DNA of 62,892 bases, filler included, from Hyphochytrium catenoides (taxonomy: Eukaryota; Protista; Hyphochytriomycota), in the NCBI GenBank assembly GCA_900088475.1. It is 14 parts of 14 records of this genome, joined end to end, with 100 filler letters (N's around TTAATTAATTAA, not from the genome) between each part and the next. Parts side by side here need not be neighbours in the genome. Positions count along the whole stretch, not along the records: positions 50,600 to 54,344 come from FLMG01004392.1; positions 54,445 to 59,083 come from FLMG01000628.1; positions 59,184 to 62,892 come from FLMG01000061.1; 11 more parts are not named here. One strand, given 5' to 3'. The notes under the pieces are model-generated. The model was not told the origin of the DNA and made no database searches. It saw only the letters and a program-made list of their open reading frames with translations. Below are positions 51,225 to 62,892 of this stretch, one piece after another; positions within the stretch are counted from its first letter, which is position 1, and the number at the start of each line of letters is the position of its first letter. The position numbers and the translations under genes are program-made.

Positions 51225-52364
51225 ATGCCACCGGCTCCTTCCTCCCCGTACCTCGCTAGAGGACAGAGGAGTGACAAGGAGGAGAGTCCACTGCTGCTTC
51301 TCTCTCCTCCCCTGTCTCCCGCCTCTCTCCCTCGGCACCTTCTCTCTCTCTCTGGCGCGGTCTACACGCTAATGAACACGATCGTAGGCTCAGGAACACT
51401 TGCGGTGCCCTACGCCATCGCTTGCAGTGGACTTATAGGCGGAAATGTTATCCTTCTTCTGATGGGAGGCCTAACATTTTACTCTGTCAAGGTCTTGGTC
51501 CGCGCCAGTGAGCGCACAGGATCTCTTACGGCGCAGAGCTATGAGAGCCTTGGCCGGCTCGCGCTAGGAGAGAGAGGAGCTGCGCTGGCCAATTTCACCT
51601 TTATCTTTGGTGGGTTTGGCACGCTGATGAGCTATAGCATCTTCATCGCGTCTCTGCTGGTACAAACCTTAGATCTCCCAGAATCTCTCCGTAATCCGGT
51701 GATGGTGTTATCTCTATGTGGAGTTGTCATACCGCTGTCTCTTTATAGGAGAATTGTGCATCTGCAGTATGTCTCTCTCATAGGGATGTTTGCCGTGGTG
51801 TACGTGGTGATTCTCACGGCAGCGGCGGGTCTCCTGCTACTTCGAGGAGAGCTGAATATCTCCTCTCCTCTCTCGGCGCCTCAGCACACTGAGGCGAGAG
51901 CCCTGAATCTTTCTGTGGGCTCTGTGCATACTGTCACTCTTCTTCTCTTCTCCTTTGCCTGTCATAATACGACGCTGCCTGTCTTTATGGAGCTGAAGGA
52001 ACGAACTGAAGGACAGATGATGAAGGCTGTGGGCCTGGCCATTGCCCTTTGTGGCGCGCTCTATGGACTGATGGGCAACGCGGGATATGTGGTCTTTGGT
52101 GGAGAGACATCCGACAACATTCTTCTTTCCTTCTCTCCCGCTTTCTTAGCTGCCAATGAAGGCTTCCGTCTTCCCTTGAAAATTGCTGACCTGTGTATGG
52201 CGTTGCATCTTCTACTGTGCGCGCCATTGGCAGTCTGGTACGTTCTAATTCCTTCCTTACTCTACTGTGCACCTTTTTCGATAGTCGTATGGCTGGGGGT
52301 GGAGTGGGGTTGGGGTGGNNNNNNNNNNNNNNNNNNNNNNNNNNNNNAGGGGGGGAGAGGGAGC

Positions 52365-52403
<39 letters not shown>

Positions 52404-52947
52404 GCAGACACAGAGACAGAAGAAAAGAGAGAGACTTGTCCTGATGTTCCTTGCCTTTTCATCGCCTTATTTCAGTGTGAAACAGGCTATTCCAACCCCT
52501 TTACACTTCAATCCCCAGCTTCTTGACTGCTTTTCTCTCTCTGTTCCCTCTTTTCTCCCCAGCCTCTGATAACCGCTAATCTTCTTGGCTTCTGTTAGGC
52601 CTTTCCGGTCATGCTTGCTGTCAGTATATCTCGGGCTTACAAGCGGCAATCGGCTCCATAGCGCAGAAGCGACAGACAAGGAGTGGCGGGTCATCACTAT
52701 TCTCTCTCTTCTTTCCATCCTCTTCTGCGCTCTGTTTGTCCCCAACGTCCGCACTCCTCTCTCTCTTGTTGGCTCTGTCTCTGGTTCTCTCATTGTCTTC
52801 ATCATGCCGTCTCTCTTCTTCCTTGCCCTACAGCCGTCAGGGTCGGTGCGGGAGAAAGGGAACGCCGGTCCTTGGGCAATGTTAGTGGGCGGCATTATTT
52901 ATGCCTTTCTCTCCTTTTCCTTGACCGTTTATAAAATGGTGACATAG
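51225..52947 (+). CDS. Amino acid transporter, Aa_trans (SLC38/AVT-like), two exons
   Basis: GAVYTLMNTIVGSGTLAVPYAI, SYESLG..ALG, LFSFACHNTTLPVFMELK, GNAGYVVFGGETSDNILL, APLAVW|PFRSCL, LSLVGSVSGSLIVFIMPSLFFL; many TM segments. Confidence 0.92.
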
Positions 52948-53034
52948 AGTCCTCTCCACATCTTTCTTGTTCACTTTTTATCTTTTTCATATAAAAGCAA
53001 AGAAATGGTGCCAGGAATGTGGTTGATGGTTCAC

Positions 53035-54040
53035 CGCCTCCTCCTCATTCTCCCCTTAACATTGCTAAGGTGATGGACTATGATTCTTCTTTACTGATTA
53101 TGAGCGTGCAGCAGGTTGAGCTGAGGACGAGACCAAGGCGTTATAGCTTTTCTTCTTTTCTCTCTTCTTCTTTTTCCTCTTCTTCATTAGCTTCTTCTTC
53201 TTCTTCTCCTCCTTCTCCTCTTCTCCCCTTATTATCATTGAGGAGATCAACTCTGATTCTTCCTTTACTGATGATGAGCGTGCATCAACTTGAGCTGAGG
53301 ACGAGACCAAGGCGTTATAGCTTTTCTTCTCTTCTCTCTTCTTCTTCCTCCTCTTCTTCAGCAGCTGCTTCTTCTTCTTCTCCCGCTTCTCCTCTTCTCC
53401 CCTTATTGTCACTATGGAGATCAACTTTGATTCTTGCTTTACTGATGATGAGCAGTGGAGCAGCTTGAGCTAAGGACGAGACCAAGGCGTTATAGCTTTT
53501 CTTCTCTTCTTCCTTCTTCTTCTTCCTCCTCTTCAGCTTCTTCTTTTTCTTCTCCTCCTCCTCCTTCTTCTCCCCTTATTATCACTGAGGAGATCAATTA
53601 TGATTCTTCCTTTACTGATGATGAGCGTGGAGCAGCTTGAGCTAAGGACGAGACCAAGGCGTTATAGCTTTTCTCCTCTTCTCTCTTCTTCTTTTTCCTC
53701 TTCTTCAGCAGCTGCTTCTTCTTCTTCTCCTCTTCTCCCCTTATTATCATTGACGAGACCAATTATGATTCTTCCTTCCCTGATGCTGAGCGGTGCAGCA
53801 GCTCGAGCTGAGGACGAGACCAAAGCGTTATAGCTTTTCTTCTCTTCTCTCTTCTTCTTCCTCCTCTTCTTCAGCTGCTGCTTTTTCTTCTCCTCCTCCT
53901 CCTTCTTCTCCCCTTATTATCACTGAGGAGATCAATTATGATTCTTCCTTCCCTGATGATGAGCGTGGAGCAGCTTGAGCTGAGGACGAGACCAAGGCTT
54001 TAGAGCTTCTCTTGTCTCTTCTTCTTCCTCCTCTTCTTCT
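53035..54040. repeat. Tandem array of 166-175-bp units x6 with (CTT/CCT)n joints
   Basis: Anchor AGGACGAGACCAA near 53124, 53298, 53473, 53645, 53811 and 53983. Confidence 0.92.
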
Positions 54041-54153
54041 TGTTCTTTCATCTCCTTCTTCTCCTCGATGCTCTTCTCTTTCTTTTCTTCTTCTGAGTAG
54101 CGGCCGTAGGGATCAAAATAATTATCTACTTTTTGGTCCACGTTGGTTAGATT
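53932..54153 (-). CDS. Possible terminal exon of an unidentified gene (Glu/Lys-rich) whose end overlaps one repeat unit
   Basis: A TTTTTTATAG acceptor is followed by NLTNVDQKVDNYFDPYGRYSEEEKKE..KPWSRPQLKLLHAHHQGRKNHN*; an upstream GTAAG donor lies near 54227. Confidence 0.3.
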   Translation of the reverse strand, partial: NLTNVDQKVDNYFDPYGRYSEEEKKEKSIEEKKEMKEQEEEEEEEETREALKPWSRPQLKLLHAHHQGRKNHN

Positions 54154-54444
54154 CTATAAAAAAAGTGAAGATTTAGAAATCATAGATAATGAGAGCTGAT
54201 TCGTTGCTTGTGACTGATGATGCTTACCTTCATTCAAGATAAAAGGCATTTTTGATGATAATATCATCTGTTTTTTATTCTCTTCCTTTTCTTTATTTAG
54301 ACAAATGACACGGAAGAGGGTCACTCATCATCATTAAATAGTTCNNNNNNNNNNNNNNNNNNNNNNNNNNNNNNNNNNNNNNNNNNNNTTAATTAATTAA
54401 NNNNNNNNNNNNNNNNNNNNNNNNNNNNNNNNNNNNNNNNNNNN

Positions 54445-56413
54445 AGGAAAGAAAGAGAGAAAGACGGAAGAGACAGAAGTCAATGATGCCTCTTCTCGCT
54501 CTCACGCCATTGCGAGGATTGTAGTCAGGGAAGAGGGAGGTAAGAGAGCGCATCAAGAGAGAAATGGCATTGAGAGAGAGAGGAGGAAGGATTTAGAAAA
54601 GAGTCAGAGAGAGAGAGTGTATGTGAGAGAGAGAGAGAAAGAGAGAGAGTCCTGATGAGGCAATAAATTGTGCCGGCGCGAGAGAGTATAAAAATACAGA
54701 GAGACAAGTTCTCGTAGTATGCCTCAGGGTCAGAAGAAAAGGGTAAGACTAATGGGGGTAAACGGAGGGAGAGGGAAGCGAGAGAGAGAGAGAGAGAGGG
54801 AGAGAGTGTAGAAGAAAGAGAGAGAGAGAGACAGACGAATAATAAGCTGGACCCACACCGAAACTTTGTAATCGAAGGGAAATCTTTCCTAGAGTGCCTC
54901 CGGACCAGAAGAAGGTTGGGGTCCTCTCGAAAGAAAGGAGAGAGAGGGAAAGAGAGAGAAAGACTTGAAGGAGTGGCGCTAAATGCAAAGAGGAAAAAGC
55001 ACAGGCAAAAGAAAGGATTGGCCACTCTGTGTCCCTAATATTAAGTATGTCTTCCAGCTCTCGTAGGGCAACTGACGCTGGTGGACTTGGCGGGCAGCGA
55101 GTGGAACGCTGACAGCTTCAACCACCAACCAGAGAGGAGGAAGGAAGGAGCGCTCATTAACTCCTCACTTATGGTACCTCTCTCTCTTGCTCTCTCTCTC
55201 TCTCACTGCTTTTCTCCCTCTTTCTTTCTCTCTCCTCCAGCTCTCTTTCTCTATTCTGTGTCTATATGTCTTGACCGGGACGATGTTTGTCTGTTTTTCT
55301 GCCTGTGCTCACATTCTCTCACTCTCTCTCTATATATGAACTCTCTTCACGTCTCTTTTCAGGCTTTGAAGGAGTGCATGCGGGCTCGGGCTCTCTCTCT
55401 CTCTCCCGGTGTCTCTTCCCCTTCGACGTTCCTCCCGTACCGGAACAGCAAGCTGACAACTCTATTGAAAGACTCTTTTGGAGGAGAGAGAACCTTCGTC
55501 ACTGTCATCGCCACTGTCACGCCTATCGCCTCTGACATTGACCACACCCTTGCCACACTCAAGTTTGCCAAGGTAAGGGGACGAGGGCAAGAGAGAGAGA
55601 GAGAGAGAGAAAGAGAGGTGCAGGGCAGAGAGAAGAGAAAGAGAGGAACCAGTCAAGGAAGGAAGCAAGACGCACTGGGATGTGGCGCAGCTAACCTTTC
55701 GCCTAGTCTGTCTTTCGCGGTCCACACTTTCCTCCTNNNNNNNNNNNNNNNNNNNNNNNNNNNNNNNNNNNNNNNNNNNNNNNNNNNNNNNNNNNCTTAT
55801 TGCTTTGAGCTGTCTCACTCTTGAAAGAAGCTCTCTTCTTTCAGTAGCCATCTCTTCTCTCTTCACTCTCATTGGATTCTCACTCTCTTATGATCCCCTG
55901 CCAGCCCTCCTACGTTATCACCGTTGACCTTTCGCTGTCCCATCTTCCCCTGTTCCTCTCTCTCTCTTTCTCTCTCTTTTTCTCTCTCTCTCTTCCTCTC
56001 TCTCTCTCTTTCTTTCTCTCTTTTTCTCTCTCTCTCTCTTGCTCTCTCTTCTTTTTCCTCTTTCTTTTCAGGAAATTACTGAGCCAAATCCGCAGATTAG
56101 ACCTGAAACTTTCGACATCGTCGAAGAGATCAACAAGGCGGAACCGTTCCAGCAGTGGTCAAGGGATAAGCTCTTAGCCTGGCTTGGAAAGATTCACAAG
56201 GGAAGCTTTGCGAAATATACGAGTGCCATTCCGCAAACTGTTGATGGAAAAGCCTTTTCGCGCCTTTCCCAGCAGCGTTTAGCCCAGATGCTAGGAGGTG
56301 ATCAGCAAGCGGCCGACATAGTTTATAAGGCGGTTAGAAAGGAGATGGAGGCACTGAGCAAACAGACAGCGAAGGAGAGAGAGAAGTTCCGAATGGGACA
56401 AAAGAAAGGTTAG
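54445..56413 (+). CDS. Kinesin motor protein (kinesin-13-like C-terminal motor part) with a SAM-like tail; 5'-truncated
   Basis: NDASSRSHAI (switch I), LTLVDLAGSE (switch II), EGALINSSLM|ALKECMRA, PYRNSKLTTLLKDSF, HTLATLKFA; tail QWSRDKLLAWL..VDGKAFSRLSQQRL. Confidence 0.9.
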
Positions 56414-56427
56414 CGGGAGGCATCAGA

Positions 56428-56459
<32 letters not shown>

Positions 56460-56647
56460 GAAGAGGGAATACAGCAGCAGGCAGTGCAGAAGAAAGGAGG
56501 AAAGAGATTCGTGACCGGGAATGCGTTGTTCGTTCTCTTCTCTCTCCTTTTCCTCAATTTACTTACCAGACAGAGTTCTTTCTTTCTCTCTCTCTTCCAC
56601 ATCTAGTCTTTCACTCTCTCTCTCTCTGCATGCTCCTCTGCTATCAG

Positions 56648-56885
56648 CTAGAAAGTAACATTAGCAACGACACTTCTTAGCGACTTTTCTTGCCTCTCTT
56701 GCGTGTCTCTCCTAGGCGCGGCTATTCTCTTTCTCTCCTTAGAGGCGGCCACAAAAGATGGTTCTGCACCCAACTTGAGAGCTCTTGCCTCCCTGTTTCT
56801 CTCTTCTCTTCTCTTCTCTTCGATCTTTCTCATCTTGCTCTCTCTCGCCTGCGTAATGAAGTCGGAAGGAAGATTCTTCCAGGCT
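56648..56885 (-). CDS. Probable last exon of an unidentified charged protein (upstream exons towards 59083 unresolved)
   Basis: After a CAG acceptor: AWKNLPSDFITQARESKMRKIEEKRREERNREARALKLG..KSLRSVVANVTF*; convergent with the kinesin. Confidence 0.4.
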
Positions 56886-57400
56886 GGGCAAAGAGAAGTA
56901 GAAAAACGATGAGAGGGAAGACGGGCAATAATGAAGAGAGATAACATAAAGTGGGAAAGAGAGGAAAACATGAGAAGATATTGACGGGTCTGTTAAAAGG
57001 TGATGTGATATAATAGAAGAAGAGAGAGAGAGGTAAGCGAAGAGTCCGGCTGGTGAACAATCAGTCTCGCTTCTCCTCTATCTCTTTTTTTCAGAAGGAA
57101 GCGAAGTTATGCTGCTGACGCTGATGATGGAAGTTGACTATCGTAGAGAGGCGGAGAGAACGAGAGAGAGGAGAAAGGAGAGAGAGAGAGAAGAATAAGA
57201 GAATAAAGGGAAACTGTACCGCTGTGTTCCTCAGAAAAGTCCGGCTCCGTCGTTCTCTCCTGGCCCTCACGCAGCACTCTCCCTTTCTTCGCTTTCTCCT
57301 TAGTTTCAACCCTCTAGGACCCGTTTCGTCACTCTCCTCGGACAGCAGCCGCAGCGGCTCTCGCTGTGCTCTCTCTCTTTCTTTTTCCTTCTCTCTCTCT

Positions 57401-57462
<62 letters not shown>

Positions 57463-57796
57463 TGCCTTCTCTCTCGCTCGCTCTCTCTCTCTCCCTCTCT
57501 CTCTCTGTGTTATATCTCTTCCTTCTCACTCTCTATCTCTTCCTTCTCTCTTTCTGTATCTCTTTCCCTTTCATCTCTGTGTTTCTCTTCCCCTTTTCCT
57601 CACTCTCTCTTGTCATTTCTGTCTCTCTGTGTCTCTCTCTCTCACATCCTCGTCGGTTACTGTAACGGTTCTGCGTTACCCTTGACGGCTGGATATTACT
57701 AATTTGCCTTTTCCTATACGTAAAACCCTACTCTCTTGGACCTATTACTATTCATCACCTGAAGTCCTTTCCCAGTACTGTTTTGTCATCTCTCTT

Positions 57797-57869
<73 letters not shown>

Positions 57870-58337
57870 TTTTTCTCCTCTTCCGTCTGCCTTTTCCTCG
57901 TCGTATCATCGCTCTTCCCCATCCGTGTTGCTGTTTTGCCTATCCATCGCTGTTCGTGATCCTCATTGATGAGTAACTATCCTCCTCACCGCACACTGTA
58001 CCTCTCTCTCTCTCTCTGTTCTCTCTCTTTCTTTCTCCTTTCTCCATCTTTCCTTCGTTCTCTCTTTATCTCACTCTCTCTCTCTCTCTCTCTTTCTCTC
58101 TCTTCTCCATCTCTCTCTCTCTCTCTCTCTTTCTCTCGTTCTCTCTTTCACACTCTCCTCTCCCACACGATCCAATCTCTCACCTTCCATTAGCATCCAT
58201 GACTTTGCTCTTGTTTCTTCCTCTCCTTCGTCGGCGGCTGTATCTCTTCTATATCTCTATATCTTGTTTCTTTTCCCCTCCATTCTTCCATGGTCTCTCT
58301 TTCAACTCTCTCCCGTGTCAGACAGCTTCATAAGCAG

Positions 58338-58397
<60 letters not shown>

Positions 58398-58538
58398 TTC
58401 TCTCTGTTCGGTGCCGCCCTATTTTCTCCTTTCTTTTGGTGCCTTGCTTTTTCTCTTCGCGTCCTTCAATCTCCCTCACGGAAGCATAACATCAAGGGAG
58501 AAAAGGACCAGAGAGAGAAAATGGAACAAGAGAGAGGG

Positions 58539-58575
<37 letters not shown>

Positions 58576-61500
58576 CAGAGAGACAGAGAGAGAGACCTGA
58601 CTCATATCGCCGGCGCTCTGCCCATCAGGATCCTGCAGTTCAGTGTCAATACTAAGCAGAGAAGTTCTGCTTTTATTCTCTTTCTTTCTCTTTCAAGAGA
58701 CCTCTGATAAGCGGGAGAGAAAGGGAATTAAAAGAGAGAGAGAAAAACAAAGAGAGAGAAGTTGGCGCCAAGGAAAGAAAAGATTGAGGCAGAAGAGAAA
58801 AGAGACACCAGAAGATTGACTATCGTTAAGAGGTAAAGAGGAGAGCGAGTAAGTGAAAATAGGGAATAAAAGAGAGCGAGGGAAAAAGAGAGAGAGAGAG
58901 AAGAGACATCATGACCGTCCCAGGCGGAACAAGCGCCCGTGTTCAGCCTCTCCCTGGCTCTCTCTCCCCTTCTGTCCCTATGGATCTGTCTACAGCTTCT
59001 CCCGCTCTCTCTACTTCTCCTCCCGCGGCCATGGGAGAGAGAGAGAAAGAGAAAGGTGTAGGACAAGGCCGGGGACCACAAAGNNNNNNNNNNNNNNNNN
59101 NNNNNNNNNNNNNNNNNNNNNNNNNNNTTAATTAATTAANNNNNNNNNNNNNNNNNNNNNNNNNNNNNNNNNNNNNNNNNNNNTCAAGCGCTTGGCTCGT
59201 AACACCTTTAGGAATCTTGAGCCCAGTACATCCCCCCATATGATCTTTTTGTGATTATTCATCTGATTTTATCTACAAGATTTGATTATTTACTGATCTT
59301 TGACCCAATTTGACCAGGTCCAGATCCAGATTGTTGTGGATCTTGACCAACCAGCATCAAAATCAAAATGGTCCAGAAGTCAAATTGACGGACCTGCCAA
59401 CACTGGTACGAGGAGAACTTGTACAAGTACCATGCCAATCAGCCAATCAGTCAATCAGTCACGTATAAGTACAGAGGCAGCTGGAGTCGCTATCAAGTAT
59501 TCCAGGGAGAGGTATTTATAGTACTTGCAAAACTAGTAAATAGGTAGGGCCTTTGGTATTTATTCCAAGTCTCTAAGAATGGGATCCACGCACGGTCACT
59601 CCCGTGACCCGCTTGGAGTTTTCGGTTGCCCTTTGGACCAGCTTCATCGGCGAGGGTGTTCATCGGCGAGGGTGTCGAATTAGGGGCTCGTTATTAGCGG
59701 GTAACTTTGACAATTACTGTACAGTAGTTCTACCTGTTTGAGGAGAATGTGGGAATGGCTCTTGGTGTACCGGTAGGGTAGGACTCTGAATGTGTTGTTT
59801 GGGGAACAGTTCCTGGAGATCTTGTATGTTCTACAACTGCTGACAAACTTAGAACGTAGAACCTTGAGGGATGAGGGAGGCTTTTCCGGATTATGCTCCC
59901 AAAATTTATAGCTGTACCTGCTTTTCACACAAATCCATTGATTCAGCAGTCGTTTCCTAGCCAAAGGAAGAATAAGAACCTTGGTGTCTTTGTACAACTG
60001 TACGCCACTACCCGCGGTTTTCTAATAATAACCCGCTAGAGGGGAGGACGCAGGCAAGGGGTTTTTCTATGAACTAATAAATCTGTGGTAATTTGCGTGC
60101 GCCCAAGCAAGTCGGGGAGGGGATGGCTGGGCTGCCGCTGCTGCCTTCAATCATCGTTCATAATCTGCCCAGACTTAATCTCTCATAGCAGTACGAATAG
60201 TCTCCTCTAGCATGCACCAACCACGGCTTGTTTGTGCTCGGAAGTAGTAGTAGGCTTATCCTTATAATATCATGCACGTCGGAACCTCGAGCTGCTGCTG
60301 GAAGACTCCCAGGGCCTGCCTACTTACTACTACGGAGGGACGAGGAGGTTCCTCCGTTCCATGGTTTCCAGCGCAGTAGCTAACTGCCAAAGATACCACC
60401 CAGAGAAAAATGTCGCGGCGATGCCTGCGACTTTGGATTGGANNNNNNNNNNNNNNNNNNNNNNNNNNNNNNNNNNNNNNNNNNNNNNNNNNNNNNNNNN
60501 NNNNNNNNNNNNCGACGACCGAAGATCTTTCAACGGCCCCTATCGGAGATGCCTGGGGGCAGAACAGCAGGAAAGGTCTTTAGTCGTCACTATAGAAGTG
60601 CAACAGAACGGAGAATCTACTCCTCCCAAGCTCGGTTCAAAGGTCTATTTTCTGAATGATACCGAACAAGAACTTTATGACATCAGCAGAAGGGCTAGGA
60701 TAAAAGCAACAATGATGCCTCAGGAGCATCAACGCTCCAAGCGTGGAAAGGAGGACAACTAAGGCATAGCAAATCAATCGCTGACGACAATGGGAGGCAG
60801 GCGTCGCTCGAGAAGAAGCCAGCAATAAAGAGTTGGATGGGCATCATGCTCCTCCTGCTACTACCTACATTAGTAGCAGCAGCACCAAGCCATCATTATT
60901 CTTTCCCCCCAAAATGATTGCAAGGGATGTAATAAGATCATCCTTGTATCCAGAAGCCTGAGTGAAGGGAAAGACGACCACGTGAACATCAAAATGCCAA
61001 GCACGCGACGAGGAGGTTAGATTAGCTGCAGAAGAAAGATGTGGTTAGTTTGCTAGCAGCGTTGTTACGATAAAGTTGGTAAATTAAAGCTAACTCTATT
61101 GTGCTGGCTATCCATATAGAGGCATTGATACGCCAATGGGATGCGCTATTATCGTGGACAGACAGGAGTTTCGGAGTCGAGAGCTACTTGGACCCCTTAT
61201 CGGCTTCCCTGCTCTCGTTTATTCTTCTCTCTATCGACGCCCTTACTTCTTTATTAATTAGGTTGAGGATCCCCTCCAAGTACGGCTAGCCATGTTTAGG
61301 GGCGGTCTAGGTCAAGATAGACCACCTTCTCCGCACTTGTTCCACAGCGCTGCTGGCTGGACAGCTGTCTGAATTCGACATGGGGCAAAGACCGTTCTGC
61401 TTTGCCTTGTAGAGGGACTTTTGGTACCCTGTCCTGATTCTGTATTAGTATTAGGGAATCAAGCTTCTCTCCCCATTCACACAAGCTTGGCGGTCTGGGT

Positions 61501-62892
61501 CTCCTTCCTGCTACAGCTATCTCTCCTCCGGCCTTTTTGGGGCTCTTTGGTGCTCTTCGTTCCACGAAGTTGTGTCCGCTCTTCTGGACTTGTCCTCCCA
61601 ACCTCTCTAACCCTCCTGTGGCCGTCCATTGCTCTCTTCGTACCCTCCACGTACGATGATATGGGCTTGCCGCAGCGATCGTAGCAGCACCATAGCTTCG
61701 TTCAGCTTGTTGCCGTCGAGAACCTACTGCAGCCCACGTTTGCTGCCGTCTCTAGCAGTGTGCTAACCTCTGTCTTCCCTCATGCCTCTCCTTTTTCTCG
61801 AGTTCGTCTTCGTTCAGTCCCTCTTCCACATGCTGGTGCCTTCCCTCGCTGCTCTTCCCATAAGGCCCAGTCCCAGTAAAATCTCGCGCTGTGCCTCAGG
61901 ACTTTCTTGGCCTTACTTTTCGTCAGGTTCCTTGTGTGCGAGAGGTGCTGCCGTTAGACTGGAACGATGGATATCTACGGCGACCATGCGACTGGTCTGT
62001 CGGACAGGAGGCGGCGGTTCCTCTCGCCGCCATAACCGGGTTCCCTCTTGTTTGTTTGTGTTCTGCGCTGTCAGACGCGGAATACTGAGCGTTGCCGTCG
62101 TGAGCACCACCACCTGGTTCCTCGCTCTTCCTTCCAAGGCCCTGGTGACCCCCAGGAGGTCCCTGGGAGATATGGCGGTAGTAGTAGTCGCTTCCCATAT
62201 ATACAGCCTTTGATCTCTCCGTTCACCCATCCGGTGCAAAATTTACCCTTCCTTATGCAGCGAAGCAATCGGGGTACCATATGGCTGCGGTTGAGGACCG
62301 TAAACGCCATATATACCTGGCCGCTCAATGCCCACAAAAAAATCGACGTTCTTCCTTTAGTGTGGGAGTCATTTGGTGGTGGTGGTGGTGGAAGGGGGAG
62401 AGCGGGGAGGGGGAAGAGGAGAGCTCTGCCTGCCACGGTTGCCTGCAGCCTTTGTCAAGACCATTTTGTGCTGCTCAAGCCAATCTGACGGTTTCTCTTC
62501 TTGAGCGTGATGAGGTACACTTCTTCCGACATCGACTGATTACACAAGTTTCTCTGGCACCACATACATGATGAGAAAGGAGGCGGCCCGTATATGATGA
62601 TACCCTCCAGATTACCTCCTTCCACGCGCCCTTTCTTGCCACCTTTATTTCAGGCTACTCCGCTGCTCTCATCTTCTCCCTCTTTTGTCTCTCCTTCTTC
62701 TCCTCCAGATGCTGCCCCCGCTTTTGCTGCTTTTAATTCTCCATGGTTGTTGGTGGTGATGAGGAGAATCAGAAAATTTCGTCTCACGCATCATAAAAGA
62801 AGAGAAAGACGAACTCCTCCCCACTTCCTCGGTGCCCGCTCAGCCGCTTTTTTTTGCCCCTCTGTGTCTTCGTGGTGCACATATACATCCCT

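Noticed and set aside
53035-54040. Hammerhead ribozyme/retrozyme array (CTGATGA...GGACGAGAC in ~172-bp tandem units)
   Set aside because: GAGA replaces the essential GAAA, and I could not form stems I and II. An Infernal search with hammerhead models would settle it.
18876-59135. Numerous ORFs rich in SLSLSL or RERERE
   Set aside because: Translations of intronic (CT)n/(AG)n tracts, which lack stop codons.
11143-59183. Recurrent TTAATTAATTAA palindrome as a biological motif, and gene clustering across it
   Set aside because: Always centred in exactly 100 bp of N; it is a six-frame-stop assembly linker.

Overview
Eukaryotic draft genome window, intron-rich and dense in (AG)n/(CT)n microsatellites; it looks like a protist, possibly a stramenopile (inference only). 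It is not one locus. Thirteen artificial 100-bp N44-TTAATTAATTAA-N44 linkers join 14 unrelated contigs, so adjacency across linkers is meaningless. Most ORFs in the supplied track are microsatellite artefacts, and the real genes are spliced. By manual exon joining I recognise: the 3' end of an acyl-CoA dehydrogenase, an LRR/coiled-coil/WW protein, an intronless clavaminate-synthase-like 2OG-Fe(II) dioxygenase, a near-complete Ty3/Gypsy chromovirus, a YqiA-like esterase, an EGF-like single-pass membrane protein, WDR44, a SAM-domain fragment, a PRPP synthetase with a presequence and divergent loop, AMSH/STAMBP, a long RbfA-domain protein, an Mdm31/AsmA-like protein, VAMP7, ICT1, an Aa_trans transporter and a kinesin with a SAM-like tail. 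The most notable observations are: (i) an intronless Gly/Ser protein of more than 1,300 aa built from hierarchical beta-strand repeats; (ii) a canonical -1 frameshift cassette in the retrotransposon; (iii) microsatellite-jointed tandem arrays that repeat the last codons and stop of a gene, clear at WDR44 and possible at a second locus. No CRISPR, rRNA or tRNA genes were seen, and I cannot support a new multi-gene system.
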